Positions 30,701-41,379 are shown, counted from the first letter of the stretch. The stretch is 64,000 bases of DNA from an uncultured Chloroflexia bacterium (GCA_963813335.1 CAWEYL010000001.1:64001-128000), one strand, 5' to 3'. Notes: generated by a model not told the origin, from the sequence alone. Made by a program: numbers and translations.

Positions 30701-32036
30701 ATGACCCCGCCGATCGGTCCGACCGCCGCGCCGCTGACCGACGCCGGCGTCGTCGAGGCGGCGGGCCGGATCCGCGACGGCGAGTGGACGGCGGTGGCGC
30801 TGACCACCGCATGTCTCGAGCGGATCGACGCGCTGGATCCCTCGGTCCGGGCGTGGGTCCACCTTGATGCGCGAGCCGCCCTCGCCGAGGCGCGCGAGCG
30901 CGATGCCGCCCGCGCGGCCGGGCACGCGCCCGGACCGCTCCATGGCGTGCCGGTCGGGGTCAAGGACATCATCGATGTCGCCGGCATGCCCACCCGGGCC
31001 GGCGCGGCGGCCTTCGCGCACACGTTCCCGTCGAGCGACGCGCCGCTCGTGGCCCGGCTCCGCGCCGCCGGGGCGGTCATCCTCGGCAAGACCCACGCCA
31101 CCCAGTTCGCCTACCGCGACCCGGCCCCCACGCGCAACCCGTGGTCGCTCGGGCACACGCCGGGCGGGTCGTCGTCCGGGTCGGCGGCGGCCGTCGCGGC
31201 GCGGATGGTCCCCGGCGCCATCGGCACGCAGACGGTCGGCTCGATCCTGCGGCCCGCCGCCTACTGCGGCGTCGTCGGCTGCAAGGGGGCGTTCGGCGCG
31301 GTCCCGCTCGAGGGGGTGGTGCCGCTGTCGCGGCCGCTCGACCATGGCGGGCCGATCGCCCGGTCGGTGGCCGACGTCGCGCTGCTCGAGGGCGTGCTGA
31401 CGGGCGAGGCGCTCGAGGTCCGGCCGGCCGTCGCGCCGCGCCTGGGCGTGGTCCGCGCCTCCCTCGACCGGGCGGGACCCGAGCTGCGACGCCACCTCGA
31501 CGAGGTCGTCGCGAGGCTGGCGGATGACGGGGCGCAGGTCGTCGACCTCGCGCTGCCGCCGGCCTTCGACGGCCTGGCCGACGCGGGTCGCGTCCTGCTC
31601 GAGGCCGGCGCGGCCGCGGCCCATGCCACGTGGTTCGCCGCCCGCGGGGCGGAGTACGGGCCGACCATCCGCGACCTCGTCCTCGCCGGGCAGGCGCGGA
31701 CACCTGAGGAGGTCGTCGACGCGGAACGGGTCCGCGCCGCGGCCCGCGAGGCATGGGCCGGGCTCGCGAGCGAGGTGGACGCGCTCGTCACGCCGGTGGC
31801 CGAATTCGGTCGCTCCGACCCTCGTCGAGGGGACCGGCGACGGCTCGCTGTGCGCGCCGTGGAGCACGCTCGGCGTCCCGGCGATCTCGCTGCCGACGGG
31901 CCTCGATGCGACCGGGCTGCCGTTCGCGGTCCAGCTCGTCGGGACCGTGGACGACCTGCGGCCGCTCCTCGGTGTCGCCACCTGGGCCGAGCGATCGCTC
32001 GGGTTCGAGGCGCGCCCGGCCGTCGCGTCTGCCTGA
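30701..32036 (+). CDS. Amidase signature family protein (frameshift near 31805)
   Basis: GVPVGVKD, TPGGSSSGS, GTQTVGSILRP; C-terminal GVPAISLP...GLPFAVQL in the next frame. Confidence 0.85.
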
Positions 32037-32053
32037 CCGCCGGGCTGTCCCGC

Positions 32054-32197
32054 TCGGAACACGCAGCAGCCCATCCGACGGCCGTCGGATGCCCCAGGCG
32101 TCGAACGGAACGTCGGACGAGCCGACTGACGCCGGACCACCCCAGAAGGATCATGCCGGCAGACGTCCGACGTCGGATGGCTCGTGAGGCGTTCCGA
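32054..32197. repeat. 144-bp element with imperfect inverted ends and internal palindromes
   Basis: Ends match 19/27 as reverse complements; perfect palindrome catccgacggccgtcggatg at 32072-32091. Confidence 0.5.
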
Positions 32198-32218
32198 CGC
32201 CGCGGACTCGGGCTAGGC

Positions 32219-32402
32219 CGCCGGCGGCGCGGTGCTTGGCCGGGTCTACGACGCCGGCGGCGCGGTGCTTGGCCGGGTCTACGACGCCGGCGGCGCGGTG
32301 CTTGGCCGGGTCTACGACGCCGGCGGCGCGGTGCTTGGCCGGGTCTACGACGCCGGCGGCGCGGTGCTTGGCCGGGTCTACGACGCCGGCGGCGCGGTGC
32401 TT
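32219..32402. repeat. Perfect 33-bp tandem repeat (5 units + 19 bp) overlapping the LacI 3' end
   Basis: Unit cgccggcggcgcggtgcttggccgggtctacga starts at 32219, 32252, 32285, 32318 and 32351, with a partial unit at 32384. Confidence 0.95.
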
Positions 32403-33415
32403 TCGCGGACGACGAGCTCGGTGGCGAGCTCCACGCGGGTCTGGACCGGCGGCTCCCCGCGGGCGAGGGCCAGGACCAGCTCGGCCGCGGCCACGGCCAT
32501 CTCGAACAGCGGCTGGCGGATCGTCGTCAGCGGCGGCCCGACCCACTGCGCGACCGGCAGGTCGTCGAAGCCGACCACGCTCAGGTCCTCGGGGATGTGC
32601 AGCCGCGCCTCGCGAGCGGCCTGGTAGACGCCCAGCGCCTGCAGGTCGTTCCCCGCGATGATCGCCGTCGGCCTGTCCGCCCGGCGCAGCAGCTGGCGAC
32701 CCTTGCGGACGCCCTCCTCGACCTGGAACTGGCCGTGGCTGGTGAGCTCGGGATCGACCGGCACGCCGGCCGCGTCCATCGCCGCGCGGTAGCCGTCCAT
32801 GCGCGCCCGACTGCAGAGGATCCAGTCCGGCCCGCCGACCACCGCGATACGGCGGTGCCCGAGCCCCAGGAGGTGGCGAGTGGCGGTCAGCCCGCCGTTC
32901 CAGTTGGTGGCCCCGATGGACGGGGTGTCGTGCATCGGCTCACCCGTCGGATCGACCACCACGAACGGGATGCCACGCGTGCGCAGTTGGGTCCGGACCG
33001 ATTCGTTCAGGTCGCTGAAGACGGCGATGACGCCGGTCGGGTGGCGGGCCAGCGCTCCCTCGATCCAGCCGCGGCCCGGCGTCCGCCGGCCGTGCAGCTC
33101 CGAGAGGACGACCGCCATGTGCTGCTGGCCGGCCACCCGCTCCACGCCCCGGACGATCTCCAGCGCCCACTCCGACTCCAATTCGTGGAAGATAAGCTCG
33201 AGGATCGGCGCCGCCCGCTGGGAGCGGTCGGACCGGTGATAGCCCTGCTCCCGGATGGCCGCCTCGACGCGGCTCCGGGTCTCGGGCGACACATCGGCCC
33301 GGCCGTTGATCACCTTGGAGACGGTCGGCACCGAGACCCCGGCCTGGGCCGCGACACGAGCGATCGTCGGTCGGTCCGCCGGACGCCGCCTCGAACCCGT
33401 GTGGGATGTCGTCAT
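32378..33415 (-). CDS. LacI-family regulator (BxlR-like)
   Basis: TIARVAAQAGVSVPTVSKVING HTH; DLSVVGFDD and PLTTIRQP motifs; divergent from the sugar ABC operon. Confidence 0.92.
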   Translation of the reverse strand: MTTSHTGSRRRPADRPTIARVAAQAGVSVPTVSKVINGRADVSPETRSRVEAAIREQGYHRSDRSQRAAPILELIFHELESEWALEIVRGVERVAGQQHMAVVLSELHGRRTPGRGWIEGALARHPTGVIAVFSDLNESVRTQLRTRGIPFVVVDPTGEPMHDTPSIGATNWNGGLTATRHLLGLGHRRIAVVGGPDWILCSRARMDGYRAAMDAAGVPVDPELTSHGQFQVEEGVRKGRQLLRRADRPTAIIAGNDLQALGVYQAAREARLHIPEDLSVVGFDDLPVAQWVGPPLTTIRQPLFEMAVAAAELVLALARGEPPVQTRVELATELVVRESTAPPAS

Positions 33416-33428
33416 GGCGACAGTGTAT

Positions 33429-33554
33429 CGAAAGTTTCGGGCCGTGACGCGTCGAAATGTTGCAGCCGGGAGGTCGAACAGGCTCTTGACGGTACCCCTT
33501 CTGGTGCCTAAGGTTCGGTGCCGAAAGTAATCGTCCATAGGACCGAAACTTTCG
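33429..33554. promoter_or_regulatory. LacI/BxlR-type operators (CGAA-Nx-TTCG) and sigma70-like promoter of the ABC operon
   Basis: CGAAAGTTTCG at 33429, CGAAACTTTCG at 33544, degenerate CGAAAGTAATCG at 33522; TTGACG(33486)-17 bp-TAAGGT(33509). Confidence 0.75.
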
Positions 33555-33652
33555 CTCGCGAATCCGCCTCGCCCGACCGGGTTGGGCGGGTGACCGCCAG
33601 GAGGAGACTGCCGAACCAGACATGCGCCGCACCCACCGAGGAGGAGTGTCGA

Positions 33653-35002
33653 ATGACAGGAGGGCGAGTCGTGTCCAACCCTAGGCGAACGCTGGGATTG
33701 CTCGGCGTTCTTGCATTGACGATCAGTGCCTGTTCCAGTGGCGGGGCTGCCAGTAGCGCCCCCGCCAGCGTCGCACCATCGACCCCGGCGAGCGTCGCGC
33801 CGACGACCGCGCCGTCGGAGGCCGCGAAGCCCGTCACGATCAACTGGTGGCACATCGCGACCGGTGACCCCGGCAAGGCCGACTTCCAGGCCATCGCCGA
33901 CGCCTACACCAAGGCCAATCCGAACGTCACGATCAAGATCACGGTCACCGAGAACGAGGCGTTCAAGACGAAGCTCGCCGCCACGCCGGGCGACGCCTAT
34001 CCCGACCTGTTCCAGTCGTGGGGCGGCGGGACGATGGCGGCCCAGGCGGACGCCGGGCTGCTCCAGGACATCACCGCCGCTGTGGCCCCCTGGAAGGACA
34101 CGGTCAACGCCGGTGCGATGAGCATCTATCAGTACAAGGGTGTCCAGTACGGGATCCCGTGGGACATGGGGATGATCGGCTTCTGGTACAACAAGGACCT
34201 CTTCCAGAAGGCCGGCATCACGGCCCCGCCGAAGACCTGGGATGAGTACCTCGCAGACGTCCCGAAGCTGAAGGCGGCCGGCGTGGCACCGCTCGCCATC
34301 GCGGGCAAGGACAAGTGGCCGTCGATGCACCTGTGGACCTACCTGGTCCTCCGCAGCGGCGGTGGTGACGCGCTCAGCAAGATGATCCAGAGCGGCGACT
34401 GGAACACCGATGCCTGCACCAACGCCGGCAAGGCGGTCCTGGCGCTCAATGCCCTGGATCCCTACCAGAAGGGCTACGCCAGCGCGGACTACAACAGCGA
34501 GGCTGCGTCAGTCGGCAACGGCAAGGCCGCCATGGAGCTGATGGGCCAGTGGGCGCCGTCGGTCCAGAAGGACCAGAGCATCGGCAAGGTCGGCCTTGGC
34601 GACAAGCTCGGCTGGTTCGCGTTCCCGACCCTGGCCGGTGGCGCTGGTGCTGCGACCGACGGTGTCGGCGGTGGCAACGGCATCGCCGTGGGCAAGAACG
34701 CACCGCCCGAGGCGATCGACTTCCTGAAGTTCTTCATGAGCAAGGAGAACCAGAACAAGCTCAACACCGACGGCGTCGGCCTCTCGACGACCGTGGGCAC
34801 GGAGAGCAGCGTCAGCGACCCGAACCTGCAGGCCGTCCTCGCCGGTCGCGGCGCGGCGACGTTCATGCAGCTCTACCTCGACCAGGCGACCAGCGGGGGC
34901 CTGGCCGCGGCCTTCAACGACGCCACCGTGGCGCTGTTCCTCGGCAAGTCCACCCCCGAGAAGGTCTGCCAGACCCTCACTGACGCGGCTGCCACGCAGT
35001 AG
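33653..35002 (+). CDS. Oligosaccharide-binding lipoprotein (BxlE-like)
   Basis: Lipobox ISAC, Ala/Ser/Pro linker, WWHI, PDLFQSWGGG and MELMGQW motifs. Confidence 0.88.
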   Translation: MTGGRVVSNPRRTLGLLGVLALTISACSSGGAASSAPASVAPSTPASVAPTTAPSEAAKPVTINWWHIATGDPGKADFQAIADAYTKANPNVTIKITVTENEAFKTKLAATPGDAYPDLFQSWGGGTMAAQADAGLLQDITAAVAPWKDTVNAGAMSIYQYKGVQYGIPWDMGMIGFWYNKDLFQKAGITAPPKTWDEYLADVPKLKAAGVAPLAIAGKDKWPSMHLWTYLVLRSGGGDALSKMIQSGDWNTDACTNAGKAVLALNALDPYQKGYASADYNSEAASVGNGKAAMELMGQWAPSVQKDQSIGKVGLGDKLGWFAFPTLAGGAGAATDGVGGGNGIAVGKNAPPEAIDFLKFFMSKENQNKLNTDGVGLSTTVGTESSVSDPNLQAVLAGRGAATFMQLYLDQATSGGLAAAFNDATVALFLGKSTPEKVCQTLTDAAATQ

Positions 35003-35044
35003 GCGTCTTCCCGCGAGTGGATCACTCGTAGACTCGGGACCCAC

Positions 35045-35071
35045 GGGCGGGTCGGCTCTGCCGGCCCGCCC
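35045..35071 (+). terminator. Stem-loop after the SBP gene
   Basis: gggcgggtcggc-tct-gccggcccgccc hairpin. Confidence 0.5.
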
Positions 35072-35095
35072 ATTCCTTCGGAGGCAAGCAGGGAC

Positions 35096-36031
35096 GTGTT
35101 TCGAGCCGACCCCCCGGATGCCAGCACGGGCCCGCGGCTGCCCGGGAAGTGGCTGACGATCGGTCTCTTCCTGCTGCCCGCCCTGGCGCTTTACCTCGTC
35201 TTCGTCATCATCCCGATCATCCAGGCCGCGCACTTCAGCTTGTTCAAGTGGAACGGTCTCGGCCCGCTCGAGGACTTCATCGGGCTCAAGAACTACCAGG
35301 TCGCCCTGGCGAGCGACGTGTTCTGGCAGGCGGTGGGCAACAACATGTTGGTCATCGTCCTGTCGCTCCTCCTCCAGATCCCGTTCTCGCTCGGGCTCGC
35401 GATCCTGCTCAACCGGCGGTTCCCCGGACGCGCCATCTTCCGACTGCTGTTCTTCGTTCCCTACGTGCTGTCCGAGGCGATCACGGGCATCGTGTTCAGC
35501 CTGCTCCTCCAGCCCGATGCCCTGGTCGATTCGGCCCTGCAGAACGTCGGGCTCGGCGGGCTCATCCAGGATTGGCTCGGCAACACGGAGATCGTGATGC
35601 TGACCCTGTTCGTGATCATCTCGTGGAAGTACTTCGGGTTCCACATGATCCTGCTGCTCGCGGGGCTGCAGGGGATCCCGCGGGAGATCGAGGAGGCCGC
35701 CCTGATCGACGGCGCCGGGCGCTGGCAGGCGTTCCGCTACGTGACGCTGCCCTTGATCGGACCCACGCTCCGCGTCTCGGTCTTCCTGTCGGTCATCGGG
35801 GCGCTGCAGCTGTTCGACATGGTCTGGGTCATGACCGGCGGCGGCCCGCTCACCGCATCCACGACCATGGCCGTCAACATGTTCAAGACCGGCTTCGAGA
35901 AGCAGCAGATGGGCTACGGCAGCGCGCTGGCCGTGCTCCTGTTCCTGTGCGCCCTCGTCGTGGCGCTCTTGTACCAGCGGTTCGTGCTGCGTCGCGACAT
36001 CGACGGCGCCGTGACCGCCTACAACGGATGA
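35096..36031 (+). CDS. Carbohydrate ABC permease (BxlF-like)
   Basis: Multiple TM segments; EEAALIDGA loop. Confidence 0.9.
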   Translation: MFRADPPDASTGPRLPGKWLTIGLFLLPALALYLVFVIIPIIQAAHFSLFKWNGLGPLEDFIGLKNYQVALASDVFWQAVGNNMLVIVLSLLLQIPFSLGLAILLNRRFPGRAIFRLLFFVPYVLSEAITGIVFSLLLQPDALVDSALQNVGLGGLIQDWLGNTEIVMLTLFVIISWKYFGFHMILLLAGLQGIPREIEEAALIDGAGRWQAFRYVTLPLIGPTLRVSVFLSVIGALQLFDMVWVMTGGGPLTASTTMAVNMFKTGFEKQQMGYGSALAVLLFLCALVVALLYQRFVLRRDIDGAVTAYNG

Positions 36032-36035
36032 GCCG

Positions 36036-36944
36036 ATGACGACCGAGGCATCCACCAAGGTGAGCGCGGAGCCGGCCGCCGTCATGGCCGTGGCCCGCAC
36101 CAATGCCGCGCGGCGCACGATCTCCGGGACCCTGGCGTACGCCATCCTGCTCGTGGTGGCGGCGGCGATCCTCCTGCCGATCCTGTACGCGTTCCTCGGG
36201 GGCTTCAAGGACAACGGCCAGCTGGCCGGGAACCCGGTGGCGCTGATCCCGGACCCGTGGGTCTTCGACAACTACGCCGACGTCCTCTGGGGCTCCAACG
36301 CCCCGGCGTTCTGGGGCGAGCTGTTCAACAGCGTCATCGTCGCGATCGTGGCCGTAGGGGTCACGGTCGGCTGCGCGTCCGCGGCGGCGTTCGTCTTCGC
36401 CCGCATGCGGTTCCGCGGCCGCGAGGCGATGTACACCCTGTTCGTGTTCGGGCTGCTCTTCCCGACGGCCGTGGCGATCCTGCCGCTGTACATCCTCATC
36501 CGCCAGCTCGGGCTGTCGGGCAGCCTGCTCGGGGTGGCGCTCCCGCAGGCCGCCTTCGGGCTGCCACTCTCGATCGTCATCCTGCGCCCGTTCTTCCGGA
36601 GCATCCCGATGGAGCTCGAGGACGCGGCTCGCATCGACGGCTGCGGCTCGTTCGGCTTCTTCTGGCGGGTGCTGCTCCCGCTGTCCCGCCCGGCGCTCGC
36701 GACCGTCAGCGTCTTGGCGATCGTGACGACCTGGAACGCCTTCATCCTCCCGCTGGTCGTCCTGAACTCCGCGGACCAGTGGACGCTGCCGCTCGGCGTG
36801 ATGAACTTCGCGACGACGTACAGCTCGGACGCGGCGCGGACGCTCGCCTTCACCGTCGTCTCGCTCATCCCGGCGCTCATCTTCTACCTCATCGCGGAGC
36901 GCCACATCGTGAGTGGTCTCACGGCCGGATCGGTGAAGGGCTGA
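36036..36944 (+). CDS. Carbohydrate ABC permease (BxlG-like)
   Basis: EDAARIDG loop; ends GSVKG. Confidence 0.9.
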   Translation: MTTEASTKVSAEPAAVMAVARTNAARRTISGTLAYAILLVVAAAILLPILYAFLGGFKDNGQLAGNPVALIPDPWVFDNYADVLWGSNAPAFWGELFNSVIVAIVAVGVTVGCASAAAFVFARMRFRGREAMYTLFVFGLLFPTAVAILPLYILIRQLGLSGSLLGVALPQAAFGLPLSIVILRPFFRSIPMELEDAARIDGCGSFGFFWRVLLPLSRPALATVSVLAIVTTWNAFILPLVVLNSADQWTLPLGVMNFATTYSSDAARTLAFTVVSLIPALIFYLIAERHIVSGLTAGSVKG

Positions 36945-39307
36945 TGGCGACCACCGAGACCAGCTACCGCGACCCCGCCCTCCCGGTGGAGGCGCGCGTC
37001 GCCGACCTGCTCGCGCGCATGACGCGCGCCGAGAAGGTCGCCCAGCTGGGCTCGCTGTGGGCCTTCGAAGTCGTCCCCGCGACCGGGTTCGACGAGGCGC
37101 GGCTGGCGGCGCTCGCCGCCGACGGCATCGGCCAGATCACCCGTCTGGCGGGCGCGACGAACCTGCGCCCGATCGAGGTCGCCCAGACCGCGAACGCGAT
37201 CCAGGACTACCTCGTCGAGGAGACCCGCCTCGGGATCCCCACGATCATCCACGAGGAGTGCCTGCATGGCCTCATCGCCTGGGCCGCGCCCTGCTTCCAG
37301 CAGTCCATCGGCGCGGCGGCGAGCTTCGACCCTCGCGTGGTCTCGGCGATGGCCGACACGATCCGGCGGCGGATGCTGCTGACCGGCGCGCGCCACGCGC
37401 TCGCCCCGGTCCTCGACATCGCCCGCGATCCGCGCTGGGGCCGCATCGAGGAGACCTACGGCGAGGACCCGTACCTCGCTGCCGAGCTCGGCTGCGCCTA
37501 CATCGAGGCGCTCCAGGGCCCCGACCTCGCCGACGGCGTCGTCGCCACCGCGAAGCACATGGTCGGCCACGGGCTGGCGGAGGGCGGGATGAACCAGGCG
37601 CCGGCCCACATCGGCGAGCGCGAGCTGCGCGACGAGCAGCTGTTTCCGTTCGAGGCCGCGGTGCGCCGCTCCGGGATCGCCAGCGTCATGCCCGCCTACT
37701 GCGACGTGGACGGCGTGCCCTGCCACGCCTCCAGTGAGCTGCTGACCGGCATCCTCCGCGGCGAGTGGGGCTTCGACGGGATCGTCGCCTCGGACTACAT
37801 CGGCATCGAGATGATCGCCACGGCTCACAAGCTGACGGCCGACCTGGGCGAGGCCGCCCGGCTGGCGCTGGCCGCCGGTGTCGATACCGAGCTGCCGCGG
37901 ACCGTCGCCTTCGGGGCGCCGCTCGAGGCCGCCCTCGAGGCCGGCCGGGTGCGCGAAGCGGACCTCGACGCGACGGTCGCGCGGATCCTCCGGATGAAGT
38001 TCCGGCTCGGGCTCTTCGAGCGACCGTACGTCCAGGTCCCGGACGAGGCCGCGCTCGACGCCCTGGCCGCCGATGAGGCGGTCGCGGCCCGCGCCCTCGC
38101 CGCGCGCTCGATGGTCCTCGTCAAGAACGACGGGATCCTGCCGCTCGCCCCCGGGCGACGCCGGGTCGCGGTCATCGGGCCGATCGCCGACAGCGCCCGC
38201 GACCTGCTCGGCGACTACAGCCACCTCGTCCACATGGAGACCTTGCGCGAGATGCACGAGGGCGTCGACGCGCTCGGCATCGTCGGCGACGGCGAGGTGA
38301 TCGCGCCGGCCGACGAGCTGACGGGCCGGCGGACCATCCTCGACGCGCTCCGCTCGTCGCTGGTCGACGCCGAGGTGCGCTATGCGCGCGGCACCGGCAT
38401 CTCGGCCGGGACCGACGACGAGATCGCCGCCGCGGTCGAGGTCGCCCGGACGTCGGACGTCGCGATCCTGGTGCTCGGCGAACGCTCGGGCCTGACCGAC
38501 GACTCGACGACCGGCGAGTTCCGCGACCGCTCGACGCTCGGTTTCCACGGCCGCCAGCAGGAGCTCCTCGACGCGGTCCTCGCGACCGGGACGCCGGTCG
38601 TGCTCGTGGTCGTCAGCGGGCGGCCGCTCGCCATCGAATCTGCCGCCGGGCGCTGTCATGCGGTCCTCCTCGCATGGGTGCCTGGCGACGCCGGCCCGGA
38701 CGCGATCGCGGACGTGCTGACCGGGGCGGCAAACCCGGGCGGCAAGCTCCCGATCTCGATCCCGCGGCATGTCGGGCAGGTGCCGGTCTCGTACCGGCAC
38801 CACCCGACCGGCGGCCACTCGCAGCCGAAGGGCGACTACGTCGACGGCTCCGTCAAGCCGCTCTGGCCGTTCGGATTCGGGCTCTCCTACACGACCTTCA
38901 AGCTCGACGGGCTGCGACTCGACTGCGGGGAGCTCGCCACCGACGGCGGGGAGGTCTTGGTCAGCGTCGACGTGACGAACACCGGCGACCGGGCCGGCGA
39001 CGAGGTCGTCCAGCTCTACGTCCGCGACGACGAGGCCAGCGTGGCCCGGCCGGTCCGCGAGCTGCGCGGCTTCCGGCGCGTGACGCTGGCGGCCGGCGAG
39101 TGCCGAACGGTGACGTTCCGGCTCTCCGCGGAGCAGTTCGCCTACACCGGCGCCGAGCGGTGCCGTGTGATCGAGCCGGGCACGATCGGCATCGCGGTCG
39201 GGACGTCGGCGGTCGACCTGCCGCTGACCGCGACGGTCACGCTCACCGGCCCGACGGTCCAGCTCCGCGAGCGGCACCGCTACCTGACCGAGACAACGGT
39301 TGGGTGA
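36944..39307 (+). CDS. GH3 beta-xylosidase/beta-glucosidase (BxlA-like)
   Basis: HEECLHG, RDPRWGRIEETYGEDP, KH and VASDY motifs; FnIII-like C-terminus. Confidence 0.9.
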   Translation: MATTETSYRDPALPVEARVADLLARMTRAEKVAQLGSLWAFEVVPATGFDEARLAALAADGIGQITRLAGATNLRPIEVAQTANAIQDYLVEETRLGIPTIIHEECLHGLIAWAAPCFQQSIGAAASFDPRVVSAMADTIRRRMLLTGARHALAPVLDIARDPRWGRIEETYGEDPYLAAELGCAYIEALQGPDLADGVVATAKHMVGHGLAEGGMNQAPAHIGERELRDEQLFPFEAAVRRSGIASVMPAYCDVDGVPCHASSELLTGILRGEWGFDGIVASDYIGIEMIATAHKLTADLGEAARLALAAGVDTELPRTVAFGAPLEAALEAGRVREADLDATVARILRMKFRLGLFERPYVQVPDEAALDALAADEAVAARALAARSMVLVKNDGILPLAPGRRRVAVIGPIADSARDLLGDYSHLVHMETLREMHEGVDALGIVGDGEVIAPADELTGRRTILDALRSSLVDAEVRYARGTGISAGTDDEIAAAVEVARTSDVAILVLGERSGLTDDSTTGEFRDRSTLGFHGRQQELLDAVLATGTPVVLVVVSGRPLAIESAAGRCHAVLLAWVPGDAGPDAIADVLTGAANPGGKLPISIPRHVGQVPVSYRHHPTGGHSQPKGDYVDGSVKPLWPFGFGLSYTTFKLDGLRLDCGELATDGGEVLVSVDVTNTGDRAGDEVVQLYVRDDEASVARPVRELRGFRRVTLAAGECRTVTFRLSAEQFAYTGAERCRVIEPGTIGIAVGTSAVDLPLTATVTLTGPTVQLRERHRYLTETTVG

Positions 39308-40796
39308 TGCCCGGGCGGTGATCGACCCGACCGAGACGGTCGGGGTCGTCGATGAGCGGCTCTTCGGGTCGTTCGTCGAGCACATGGGCCGGGCGATCTA
39401 TGGCGGGATCTACGAGCCGGGCCATCCGAGCGCGGACGCCGACGGCTGGCGCCACGACGTCATCGACCTCGTTCGGCGGCTCGGGGTCACGACCGTCCGC
39501 TACCCGGGCGGCAACTTCGTCTCGGGTTACGACTGGGAGGACGGGGTGGGGCCGCGCGAGGCGCGGCCGGAGCGGCACGACCTTGCCTGGCGTTCCACCG
39601 AGCCCAACCTCGTCGGTACCGACGAGTTCTTGGCGTGGACCCGGCTGGTCGGCGCCGAGCCGATGCTCGCCGTCAATCTCGGGACGCGCGGCGCGCAGGC
39701 CGCGCGCGACCTGGTCGAGTACTGCAACGCGCCGCTGGGGACCCGGCTCGCCGACTGGCGCGCCGCCAACGGCCACGCCGAGCCGTACGGGATCCGGACC
39801 TGGTGCCTCGGCAACGAGATGGACGGGCCGTGGCAGATCGGCTACACGAGCGCCGCCGAATACGGGCAGCGGGCGGCGGACGCCGGCCGCGCCATGCGCC
39901 TGGTCGACCCGTCGATCGAGCTCGTCGCCTGCGGCAGCTCCGGATCCGGGATGCCGACCTTCGGCTCGTGGGAGACGACGGTGCTCGAGCTGGCAGGCGA
40001 TGTCGTCGACCACCTCTCGCTGCACTCGTACTTCGACCCGGCCGCGTACGAGACCGTCGACGACTACCTGGCTTGCTCGGCCGACCTCGACCGGATGATC
40101 GGGACGGTCGCGGGGATCGTCGACGGCGTGACGATGCGCCGCGGCGGCGGCCGGCGGATCGGGCTGAGCATCGACGAGTGGAACGTCTGGCACCTGGCCG
40201 AACACCTCGAGCGGGAGCGCGCGCGCGAGGCGCGCGGCTTCGAGCGGGCGCCCGCGCTGGCCGAGGACACCCACGACCTGGCCGACACCCTCGTGGTCGG
40301 CTGCCTCCTGATCACGCTACTGCGCCACGCCGATCGCGTCTCGATCGCCTGCCAGGCCCAGCTGGTCAACGTCATCCCGGCCATCCGCACGGTCGATGGC
40401 GGGCCGGCCTGGCTCCAGGCCTCGGCCTACGCGTTCGCGGACATCGCCCGCTGGGGCCGGGGGACGGTGCTGCGGACCGAGGTCGAGGCGTCGCCGGCGG
40501 GTGCCCTCGAGACGACCGCGGTGCACGACACGCGGTCGGGCCGGGTCACCGTGTTCGCCGTCAACCGGGCCGCGGAGCCCCTGGCATTCGACGTTTCGCT
40601 GCGCGGCTTCGACCCGATGGCCGTCGAGGGGCAGACCGTGCTCACCGATCCCGACCTTCGGGCGTGCAACACGGCCGCGAAGCCCGAACGGCTCGTGCCG
40701 AGACCCGGGAGCGGCGCGACCGTCGGGGACGGGCACCTGTCCGTGCCGCTCCCGGCGCGCTCCTGGAACGTCGTCCGGCTCGCGGCCCCGGCCTGA
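39300..40796 (+). CDS. abfA: GH51 alpha-L-arabinofuranosidase
   Basis: FVEHMGRAIYGG, RYPGGNF, LGNEMDG and DEWNVW motifs. Confidence 0.92.
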   Translation: MGDARAVIDPTETVGVVDERLFGSFVEHMGRAIYGGIYEPGHPSADADGWRHDVIDLVRRLGVTTVRYPGGNFVSGYDWEDGVGPREARPERHDLAWRSTEPNLVGTDEFLAWTRLVGAEPMLAVNLGTRGAQAARDLVEYCNAPLGTRLADWRAANGHAEPYGIRTWCLGNEMDGPWQIGYTSAAEYGQRAADAGRAMRLVDPSIELVACGSSGSGMPTFGSWETTVLELAGDVVDHLSLHSYFDPAAYETVDDYLACSADLDRMIGTVAGIVDGVTMRRGGGRRIGLSIDEWNVWHLAEHLERERAREARGFERAPALAEDTHDLADTLVVGCLLITLLRHADRVSIACQAQLVNVIPAIRTVDGGPAWLQASAYAFADIARWGRGTVLRTEVEASPAGALETTAVHDTRSGRVTVFAVNRAAEPLAFDVSLRGFDPMAVEGQTVLTDPDLRACNTAAKPERLVPRPGSGATVGDGHLSVPLPARSWNVVRLAAPA

Positions 40797-40812
40797 CGAG
40801 GCGTCCCGTCGG

Positions 40813-41379
40813 CTAGCCCTCGGACGGCGGCCAGCGCTCCTCGAAGATGGTCTCCTCGCGCGGGCGCCGGGCGGTGCCCGGCGCGGCCTTCGGTGCCGTC
40901 GCGGCCTCGCTCGGATGGCCGAGCGCGACGACCGTCCGGACCATCCAGTCCTCGGGGAGGCCGAGGATCCCGCGCGCCGTCTCGCGGATGCCCGGCCCGA
41001 TCCAGGCGATCGCGCCGCCGATCCCGAGCATCGTCGTGGCGACCAGCATCCGCTCGGCGGCACGGCCGTCGTCGAAGGCGTTTGAGACCACGCGGTCCTT
41101 GGCGGCCGGGATCGCGATCGCGACGGCCGCGACGGCCTTCTGGAGCGAGCGGGTCGAGGGCATCCCGAGGTCCGCCAGCTCGCGGAGCGTTGCCGGATCG
41201 CGGATCACGATGAAGCGCCACGGCTGGCTGTTGCTGTTGCTGCCGGACCAGCGCGCGACGTCCGTGATCGCGACGAGCTGGTCGTCGGTCAGCGGCTGGT
41301 CGGTGAAGTCGCGGATCTGGCGGGTCCGGACGAGCGGCCGGACGCGCTCGATGGGGGAGGGGTCGGCGGAGTCTGGCAT
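40813..41379 (-). CDS. Nitroreductase family protein
   Basis: RQIRDF, NSQPWRF, FDDGRA and VALGHP motifs. Confidence 0.8.
   Translation of the reverse strand: MPDSADPSPIERVRPLVRTRQIRDFTDQPLTDDQLVAITDVARWSGSNSNSQPWRFIVIRDPATLRELADLGMPSTRSLQKAVAAVAIAIPAAKDRVVSNAFDDGRAAERMLVATTMLGIGGAIAWIGPGIRETARGILGLPEDWMVRTVVALGHPSEAATAPKAAPGTARRPREETIFEERWPPSEG

Noticed and set aside
32219-32402. CRISPR array
   Set aside because: Identical contiguous units with no unique spacers, and no cas genes in the window.
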